A stretch of 60,000 nt of DNA from Lytechinus pictus. Its lineage: Eukaryota. This document shows, in pieces, positions 49,952 through 60,000 of this stretch. How positions within the stretch are numbered: the stretch's first letter is position 1; each line of letters begins with the position of its first letter. The position numbers and the translations under genes were made by a program. The notes under the pieces were generated by a model that saw nothing but the letters and a program-made list of their open reading frames with translations, was not told the origin of the DNA and did no database searches. Location: assembly GCF_037042905.1 (NCBI RefSeq), contig NC_087252.1:17486001-17546000 (forward strand). The letters are read 5' to 3'.

Positions 49952-51470
49952 TATAGTACAGATACATGTAAAAGACTTTTGAAAATTCGATATCAATACA
50001 AATAGAAATCATAAGAACCTCAGTTCAATTCATGTCATCGCGAATTGGGAATAACCTTCATCAAAATGTAAAAAGGAAATGTCCAATCATTTTGTTTAGA
50101 GCTGTAAAATGAAAGGACCAATAGTGATACATAGGCCTACAATTATATATACATATTTCGTCTTATTGTTAATAACATTTATTGAATTTCTTTACTGTTA
50201 TACGCTGTATAATTGATTTCATCACATATATTCGGTTCATTTGCCCAATCGAAAGAGAACATCGTTTATCATGTAAAAATAAGGTGTTTTTTTTAAGTGT
50301 ATTGTTCATTCTTGATCACAAGTAAAACACGAGGTTGACTGAAGGTAGGCTACCGTGATGCATTTCACTTACCCTTGCTATTTCCGGAGTCATTTCGCCA
50401 AGCAAAAGTAGAATAAATCAGCAATGCTAGTTGCATTGTATCTTCATGATCTTGTTTGATCTCATTTATCATTCAATCATGAAACTAATTTCTCGAATTC
50501 ATTACCATTTGTAAAACGTTTCATTTAAACTAATGTATGGATAATAATGGAATACATTACCTGATAAACTTAAACAGTGCCCTTCCATCTATGTGTTTTT
50601 TATTACAAGTGGTGTTAATATCGTGTGTTTTTATTTTTGACCAATTGTTGTTTTTGTGTAGAGCTTTATATGACGTAATTATTATCATTATTAGCATTAT
50701 TGACCGACGAAAAACAAGGCTTTTAATGAAACTTAGACAATCATAAAGCAATTAATTTCAATCCAAACGATTTTCATGAAAAAAATATACTGAGCGAGCG
50801 AACGATGAGCAGACGTGGAAATAGGAAAATAAAATGGATTGTAAGGCTCGAGATGCATGTATGGTCATAGTTAGATAGGTAAAGCATGCATCGGAAAGGT
50901 AATGAGGCTTCACAAAGCAAAGAACAGGAGAAACAAACAAAAAATATGAGGAATCAAAGACAGATGGATGAAAGGAGGGGAAAAAGAAAAAAGGGTTACA
51001 AGATTGTTACCAATCTATTGTATAAAGTACTTTACAGGTGTATGGTCACATATTACATCTTACCAAAATGAGGTTATCATTTATTTGTTATGTGTTTAAA
51101 ATGCTATTACGTAGTTTTGATGTTTAAGTGTAATATGCTTAAAGTTCAAGCTCTCTTTCATAATTGGCGGAATGACCCATTCTTTGAACTGTAAATGTAA
51201 AAGTATTATGCTTGAGATTATGGGGTAACTCAAGGTGGCAATCGTGGTAATGGTGGAGTTCATTATTTACTCGAAATATATTGCTTAAATTGTTGGGTAG
51301 TTATTCAACTGATACTGATTCAACTTATAAATGTAATAATTTTTTTAAGTGTGAGAAAGAACAAACCTTCTGGTACTGATGATATACATGAGTTTCAATT
51401 CGCATGTCGTCTGTTTTCAAAATAACAGCGTTCTATAGTTATACACGATATGCCGTGGTGTTTCACAATG

Positions 51471-54400
51471 TAGACGGGTCAATATATGGTTTGACCCGGA
51501 ACAAATTGCAACAAATGATTTTTCAACGGTATTTTGTACTATTTGACCTCAGGAATAACATACTAAAAATCTACCAAAATCCGCATCCGGGAAAGTGGTT
51601 ATTTTTAAGATGGCGTCCAAGATGGCCGTCATTCACTAAAAATGGATATAACTCACTCATTATCCACCCTAGAATCCTATTTGGATTCATATTCCATGAT
51701 CCAATGGGTAAAAAAATTATTTATACAAGTTAGAGAGAATATTAGCACTCCAGGGTACCAGGAAAATTCAAGATGGCGCCCAAAATGGCTGCCGTAGTAA
51801 AAAAATAATCCACAATTCGTCTATTACTTACTTAAGTGGCTTTAATTTGGTTTCCATTCGATTGTTTTAATGATGATGTAGTACGTCTGGACAAGTTACA
51901 AGGACAGCCAGTGGTCTGGTGTGTCGAAAAATACAAGATGGCTTCCAAAAATTGAGTTTAAAATGGCTGTTAATCCTTGACAATTGACATAGCTCATATC
52001 ACATCCACTTGAGAGATATGATTTTGGTGTCAAGACCTCAGTTTCAATGGTCAAATAATACATTGGGACAAGTTACAAGGACAGTCAGTGGTCCAGTATG
52101 ATAAAAAATCCAAGATGGCTTCCAAAAATGGAGTAAAGGTGTTGTTGCTACTTAAAAAAAAACCCAACATAGTTTGTTCAATATCCGGAAATATTATTTT
52201 TGTGCCTATACCATGGTTAAATGGGTCAAATAATAAATTGGGATAGGTTACAAGGACGTTTGGTGGTCAAGTATGTCCAAAAGTCCACGGTTGCTTAAAA
52301 AATAGTATCAATTAGCCGCGATGGTATTTAAAAATGGACAAAGTTATGTTTTATTCGTCATGGGCATATGACCTTGTTGCCTATATCATGGTTTCAAAAG
52401 GCAGAAAATTAGTTACAAGGACAGTCAGTGGTCCAGTATGTCGAAAATCTAAGAAAGCTTAAAAAAATCGGAGTCTAAAATGACTGCTGTTACTTTAAAA
52501 ATGGACATAGTTCATTTAAAATCCACCTAGGAGATATGATTTCGGTGTCCACACTATGGTTTCATGATTAAAATAATACGTTTGGACTGGTTAAATTGAT
52601 ATGCAGTTGTCCAGTTTGCCTAAAACACAAGAGGGTTGTTAAAAAGAGCATCTAAAACGACTCATATAATTCAATAGTGGTCAGAGTTCTACAATATTCA
52701 TCTGCAAGAAATAATGTTGGTGTCCAAATTGTGGTATGAAGGGTCAAATAATACATTCGGACAAGTAACAAGGATGGTTAGTACCCCATTTTGTCCAAGA
52801 ATCCATGATGGATTATAAAATTTTATCAAAATGGGTGCTGTTACCAACTCATGAAACAATATGATCACTTGTCCCCATGCATTTAAGTGTAGGCACCAAG
52901 ATTATTTCTAACAGGTAGATATTTTATGTAACAGTAGTCACTTTAGAACCCATTTTTTAAAGCCAACTTGGATCTTAAGGCAAAATGGATTGCTGCATAT
53001 AATGGTAACCAGTCCCAAAGTATTGTTTGGCCCTTAAAACCCTATTGTAGACAACAAAATAATACCCCAAGGTGTATTTATAATGTTCTACATCCACTTT
53101 TAAGTAACAGCAGTCATTTAAGACCCCCATTTTTAAAGCCATCTTTGATTTTTGGACATACCTGACACCTGACTGTCGTTTCAACTTAACCCAATGTATT
53201 GCTTGACCCTGTAAACTCTAGTATAGACAGCAAAATCATACCTCCAAGGTGTATTTATAATAAACTATGCATACTTTTAAACAGCAACAGTCATTTTACA
53301 CCCCATATTTTTAAGTAATCTTGGATTTTTTAACATACAGACAACTGACTGGTCTTGTAACTTACCCTTGTGTATTACTTGACCCTTTTAAACCATGCTT
53401 TTAACACCAAACTCATATTCCCCAGACATATATTAAACAAACTATGTCCTTATGTAAGTGACATCAAACATTTTTTACTCCATTTTTGGAAGCCATCTTG
53501 TAATTTTGGACATACTAAGCCACTGACTGCCATTGTCTTGTCCTAATATATAATTTGACCCTTGAAACCATAGTTTAGACACCGAAATCATATCTCACAG
53601 GCGGATTTAAAACAAGCTATGCCACTTTTAAGTATCAACAGCCATTTCAGAATCAAGTTTTGGAAGCCATATTGGATTTTTGGTCATACCAGACCACTGA
53701 CTGGCCTTAAAACCTGTCCTAATGTATTATTTTGGCCCTTAAACGAGTTATTAAGACACCAAAATCGCATCTCCCATGTCGATATGAAATAAGCTATGTC
53801 CGTTTTAAGTAGCAGCAGTCAATTTAGATTCAATTTTTGGAAGCCCACTTAGGTTTTTTGACCGACCAGGCCACTGACTGTCCTTGTAACTTGCCCTAAT
53901 GAATTAATTGATCCTTGAAACCAGTGGTTTAGACACCAAAATCACCTTTCCGGGCCGATATGAAATGAGCTTTGTCCGCTTTAAGTATCAGCAGCATATT
54001 TTTAAGACCAATTTTTGGACACCATCTTCGATTTTTGGACATACCAGACCATTGACTGTCTTTGTAACTTATCCTAATATATTATTTGACCCTTGAAACC
54101 AGTGGTTTAGACGTCAAAATCACATATCCCAGTCCAAAATGAAATGAGCTATGTCCGCTTTAAGTATAAGCAGCCATTTAAGAATCAATTTTTAGAATCC
54201 ATCGAGGATTTTTGCACATACCAGCCCACTGACTTTCGTTGTAACTTGTTCCAATGTATTATTTGACCTATTTAACCATGATATAGACAAAAAAATAATA
54301 TTTCTGGACATTGAGCAAACTATGTCGGGTTTTTAAAGTAGCAACAGCAATTTTCGACTCCATTTCTGGATGCCATCTTGGATTTTTGAACATACTGGAC

Positions 54401-55004
54401 GACTGACTGTCCTTGTAACTTGTCCCAATGTCTTATTTTGACCATTGAAATCATGGTCTAGACGCCAAAATCATTATGTCCCAGGCGGATATGAAATGAA
54501 CTATGTCCATTTTAATTATCAACAGCCATTTTAAACTCCAATTTTGGAAGCCATCTTGGATTTTCGGACACACCAGACCACTGGATGTCCTTTTAACTTG
54601 TTTCAATGTACTATTTCACCCTTAAAACCATTGAATAAAAAACAAATTTAGATGAATTATGGATTTTCAGCCCACGGCATCCATTTTGGGCGCCATCTTG
54701 GATTTGCCTGGTACACCGAAGGGCTTATAATTCTTTCTAGCCTGAATAAATTTTTGTACCCCAGACCATGGAATATGGACCGAAATAGGATTCTAGGGTG
54801 GATAATGTGTCACTTGTATCCATTTTCAGTGAATGGCAGCCATCTTGGACGCAATCTTGAAAATAACCACTTTCCCGGATGCAGATTTTGGTAGATTTTT
54901 AGTATGTTATTCCTGAGGTCAAATAGTACAAAATACCGTTGAAAAATCATTTGTTGCAATTTGTTCCGGGTAAGGCTATTTTTGGTCGTATATTGACCCG
55001 TCTA
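51471..55004. mobile_element. 3.5-kb non-coding foldback element with inverted arrays of ~180-bp units and a 3-bp TSD
   Basis: tagacgggtcaatata ... tatattgacccgtcta flanked by atg/atg; well-matched outer TIRs; ACAAGTTACAAGGACAGTCAGTGGTCCAG...CAAGATGGCTTCCAAAA units forward on the left and reversed on the right. Confidence 0.88.
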
Positions 55005-55063
55005 ATGATAGAATTTCGGTTCAACTCGGGAAGAAAAAAATAGGTTACATAGTAATGACTTAA

Positions 55064-55507
55064 AGGGAAATTCGCCCTGACAAAAAGTTGATGTAAAAAT
55101 AGCAGAAAAAATGACCAAAAAATATTAACGATGGTTTGAGGGAATTCCATCAAAGTAAAAAGGTTATCAAATTATTTGATTTGTGACGTCATATGCGAGC
55201 AGGTTTCCTTCATATAGTATGGTAAAACTGAAAGAATTGTCGTTTTCTAAGAAAATTATAAATGTTTTTATTGTACCTTCAGTATGTCAATACACAAATA
55301 ATTTCACACGTCCTCCTAAAAAGGAAATTAAAAATAAGTCATCACGAACCAACATATGGGGCGGCTGCTCGTTTTTGACGTCATAAATCCAAATTCTAAT
55401 AACTTTTTTAATATTGAATGGATTTTCCTTAAACTTCCCCCCTTTTTTCCGTTCTGCTATTTTATTTTACAACAAACCTTTCTATACATGTAGGCTAAAA
55501 TTTCCTT
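55064..55507. mobile_element. TTAA-flanked MITE (Kolobok/piggyBac-like)
   Basis: ttaa|agggaaatt ... aatttcctt|ttaa, with inverted subterminal segments (aaaatagcagaa/ttctgctatttt). Confidence 0.6.
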
Positions 55508-57019
55508 TTAAGGGTTTCTAGATATAACCTTACATATATATGGGAGAATAACAAAAATGATTTTCTTGGAGTGGACCTAACCCCTTTTGCAAACTCTTCT
55601 GAAAAGCTCATTTGTCAAAATGGGTTAGATCAATTGTTCATAAATTTTATTTTCTGTTTCAACAATTTTCAAAACCCATTGATTTTTAGTCGCTCTGATT
55701 ATGGACCTATTCATGCTCTGATGATACCAAAGAAAATTTGAAATTCACATTAAAACGTGAATAAAAGTAGCAAAGAAATCACTTTTTTATTCAAAGGAAA
55801 TTTGATTTATTTCACATTACTTGCAGTTTACTTGTTAGGTCCACAACCACAAATATAATTTTTTTGGGAAAAAATATATGTATAAAAATTGGAGACAGGT
55901 TGATTTTGATACACCCAATTTTATGTTTATATCGTAGTACTTAATGACAACTTAGTTTCTCATAAGAATATTGCAGTAAGTGAAAAAAAAAAAACCTTTT
56001 GCAACACATCTTCACATTTATACCAATCTTATAGAGGGAAAAGAATGGAGCCCTGTGGAAGTCTAGAATTGATATTTCCTTGTTCTGAAATGTGATCTTT
56101 AATAAATACGTAGGTTTGTAAACCACTTTTGTTAGATAAAAACGATTTGTTCCTTCTTACAAAGTTTACATCTTCATTCATTTTACAAAGTGAATCTGGA
56201 ACGAAAGATGAGGATTGATTATTCATTTGGTCGAAGTGATGTTATGCCAAGATGATGAACGTGCGTGATGTTCAGAGTTATGTATGTATATGGATGTGGA
56301 TGGTGGACATGGAAATGGTTGTGATAATTGTGAGCTTGGAGACGGTGGTTATGATGGCGACCATGCAGAAGGTCTTTGACTTGATGGCAAGAGTTGCAAT
56401 AATGGTAGTAATGATAACATGGATAATGACTATGGAGATGCTAGTGATGCTGTTGATGGTAGTGGTGATGATTATAATAATGATGGTGATGGAGATGATA
56501 TTACGATGGTTGTGATGAACTGATGATGATAGGAATGAGAATGATGGAGATAATAATGAAGATGATGTTCATGTTCGTGATAGTAATGATTGTGATCGGG
56601 ATAAGAATAATGATGGCGATGGAGATGATATGGAAGATGGTGTTCATGTTAATTAAAGTAATGATGGTGATTAAGATGATATTTAAGACTTTTGTGATGT
56701 TGACGATCATTATGATGGTAATGGATGATGGAGATGATAGTGAAGACGATGATTATGGTAATGGTGATGATAGTGAAATGACTAATGTTTATGTTAGTAA
56801 TGATGGGGATGGATATGGTAGTAAAGATGATGGTGATGTTGATGATGGTAATGATGTTAACGGAGAATATAGAGAACATTATGGTGATGTTCACTATAGT
56901 AATGGTTGTGATTGCAATGGCAGTCATCATGTGATAAACAAAGAAATGGTGGTGAGAATGGTGTAGTGTTGGTGGCACTAGAAAATTCATATTGTACATA
57001 CTCGAACAATATTATTTAA

Positions 57020-57620
57020 AGAACAAGTCCACCCCAGCAAAAAGTTGATTTGAATAAAAAGAGAAAAATCCAACAAGCATAACACTGAAATTTTCTTTGA
57101 AATCGGATGTAAAATAAGAAAGTTATGACATTTCAAAGTTTCGCTTAATTTCACGACACAGTTCTATGCACATCATGGTCGGTATACAAATAAGGGGACT
57201 GATGACATCACTCACTCACTATTTCTTTTGGATTTAATTATATAAAATATGATTTATTCCCATTTTCTCCTCATTGTCCTTGAAACATTCCTCCCTGATC
57301 CTGATTATGTGGAATTACCATCGTCTTAACATTTTATGGTTCAATCAAGTTGGTCCTTGTTATAAAATCTGTAAAAATTGAAATATTATATATTTCAAAC
57401 AATAAAAAACTAAAGAAATAGTGAGTGAGGGACATCATCGACTCTCTCATTTGCATGTCATTGAGTTGTGCATATAACTGTTTTTTGAAATATATGCGAA
57501 ATTTATAAATGTCATAACTTCCTTATTTTACATCCGATTTTGATGAAATTTTCAGCATTATGCTAGTTTGATTTTTCTTTATTTAATAAAATAAAAAAAT
57601 TTCTGAGGTGGAATTGACCT
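57020..57620. mobile_element. TTAA-associated palindromic MITE (Kolobok-like)
   Basis: ttaa|agaacaagtccacccc ... gaggtggaattgacct; long inverted arms (aaatcggatgtaaaataag / cttattttacatccgattt). Confidence 0.75.
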
Positions 57621-58299
57621 TAAACTAGTATTGTTCAAGTTTGGGCTTTGTACCGTTTGGTTAAAATGTGTTAATTTAACACCAGCCCGGAATCTATAAA
57701 TGTCCACACCTGAGAAGTATTGAAACAACACCAGCAAACCGATGCTGTTTTAATTATAATTGATGTTGTTTAAACACCTACCCGGTGTTAGACCAAAACG
57801 AAACTGGTGTTGTTTGATACAATACTTATTTGGTGTGGACATATATAGATTCCGGTCTGGTGTTGAATCAACACCATATATTTTTGCAGTGTAGTTACAG
57901 TATATTTTGTGCAGGCAGTTGACTGCAATGGATTAGATTGAGAGAATGATCTTAGAAGTTACCAAAATGTGGCGTCAAGTTAGACGCATTTTAGTAAATT
58001 TATCAAGATGTGTCGTGTTTTGGTTACGGGATATTTTGGCAACTGCACATTTCATAATTTACCAACATAATGTGCCTTAACAAAAGGGAATTATGGGACA
58101 CCCACGGCACACCATTATCTTCGTCCATGGTTAAGCGCACAACGAATGAAAACGCTAAACAACCTCCACTGCGAATAAAAAAAAACCGGGGAAAAAATGC
58201 ATGAGGAAGTAAGTCAAAATTGATATTAGAGCGTGAAGGCAACATTTCAAAGGGGTGGCTGAGTCCCGACTGTTTTGACGTAGGCAACTTCCAATGTAA

Positions 58300-58690
58300 G
58301 ACACCGACTACGGAAGATTAGATCGAGAATCTTATGAAGATATTGACGACACTCGGCAATACTCAGGCCAAACATGCCTTTTCCTCTGCGGCGTTGAGAT
58401 CATGAACGAGGAAGGGGTCCTGGAATTGATTTGGCGCCGTTTCTTACATCGACTACCTACACGTTTCTCTCTTTTGAACTGACTACTGGACGGTGCTCGG
58501 CTTCCAACTCGCGCAGAAAATAGCAAAATTGCAAAATTGGTAAGTTCGCAATCTATCACATCAGAAATGAAATTTTTCATGCAAGGGGATGCATATGATT
58601 TATAATTTCTGAGAAAGAGAGTAATTCCAAAATAGAAATAAATGGAAATATTACCCCCCCAAAAAGAGGTTGAGATTGTTGGGACAGTCA
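58300..58690 (+). repeat. Start of a further, more diverged repeat unit (homolog of ~2680-3100)
   Basis: gatattgacgacactcggcaatactcaggccaaac resembles gactattgatgacgctggtcaatactcaagccaaac; aattggtaagttcgcaa...atcaca...agaaatgaa is shared. Confidence 0.75.
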
Positions 58691-60000
58691 GAAAAGATAA
58701 AGCTAAGATAATTGTAAAAAATATCCATGGTGACCGTCAGTCGCGAACAGATGGGGACCTAGGGGGCACTCCCCCCCCCCCCCCATCCGCTTAATAATAA
58801 AAAAAATCCGACGACCATGGAAAACGAGAAAATGAGACAGAAAAGTTGAAATATGATATTATTTTCTAAATATAACGTCAAAGTCTATCACAAAATTGGA
58901 CCTTTATAATAAAAATGTCGAAATTATTGCTCGCTTGTAACTTTTTTTTAAGATTTTGCCCGATACGCCATATCTCGCCCCCTAAAAGCATTTTAAACCT
59001 TAACCATATTCTTCAATTTGCAATCAAAAGCTTAGGAATCGGTCCGCTGAATTTGGATAATAAGATAATAGGAAAAAGGAATGATCACAATTTCATCTGG
59101 CACGGCGTATAATTTGTTTGCGAAGCAACAGTGCACTTTGCACAATGCGACCTACGTAGTACACAGGGGTTCATGAACACGTGATATTGCAATGATCGAT
59201 GACATCGACGGGGATTCCCCCCCAAAAAAAAAAAAAAATATAATAATAATAATAATAAATAAAATGGGCGCAGTGAGGATCAACCATTATGTTAGTCGAT
59301 TTGTAGAAATAGGCAATCATTTTTAATCATCTGAGGCTTTGATGAAAGCCCCAAGATGAATAAAAAATATTGATAGAACGGCGATGTGCTATTTAATTAT
59401 GATACGTCTGCAATCCTTGCTTAAAATCCAAGTGATTGATATATCCCTAATGGTAGAGCACAGTGTCCCATATTGTGGTAACAGTACCGAACTGAATGTG
59501 AAGATACCCATTCACACTATTACATTTGAGCATTTAGCAGTGTTAATCACATAGTCGACTATGTGAGCTGGATGTGAACAGTGAGGCTGTCGAGGTGTCC
59601 AGAGTGTGAAAATACCTTCACATTGTTGATTATGAACATTTTGAAATCATATAATAATAAACTGGCAGGCCGACTTATTAGTCCCTAACTATCTTCATGA
59701 TAGAGAGGGACACGTTTCAATTTCTGTTGTCCAAATAGTTCCAGATGACTCGTCCTTCGTAATAACATCTAATAACATTTCTATAAAAAAAAATATATAC
59801 ATATATTTCGGAGATAAAATTCGTTGATATTTCTTATTGAATACATATTTGTAATACTATTAAGAGGTTAAATGTTAAAAGTATTCATATAGGGTTCATT
59901 TGGATTAAGAAATCAAGAAACAAGTAAGAAAATAGCAATGTAAATCATAAATAATTAAAAAATGTAAGCTTCCGAGACAATGGATCAGTATGTGAAATAT

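Larger units (their letters stand above)
28865..50869 (+). repeat. Segmental/tandem duplication unit, copy A2
   Basis: Colinear with 1-18492 except for small indels and a 3.55-kb insertion at 45751-49301. Confidence 0.95.

Overview
AT-rich, repeat-dense eukaryotic (animal) DNA; the gene family and repeat types suggest an echinoderm such as a sea urchin (inference only). The window is part of a tandem array of TRIM genes with single-ORF coding regions (RING, two B-boxes, coiled coil, NHL-like beta-propeller). Bases 1-~18,490 recur at ~28,865-50,870. There are two full-length 623-aa TRIM ORFs (14650-16521, 43532-45403), a RING-less 520-aa paralog fused to flanking DNA at a deletion junction (18486-20048), and the start of a more diverged unit near 58,300. 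Mobile DNA includes a 5'-truncated Penelope-like retroelement (RT + GIY-YIG) with inverted ends carrying hammerhead ribozyme motifs, a decayed Crypton tyrosine-recombinase element, two ~3.5-kb foldback elements, several MITEs, LINE fragments and a tRNA-SINE. Most notable are a candidate 7SL-RNA-headed SINE (12261-12448 and its duplicate) and a patchwork divergence pattern in which the TRIM coiled-coil/propeller half differs strongly between otherwise near-identical duplicates. All alignments and counts were done by eye.
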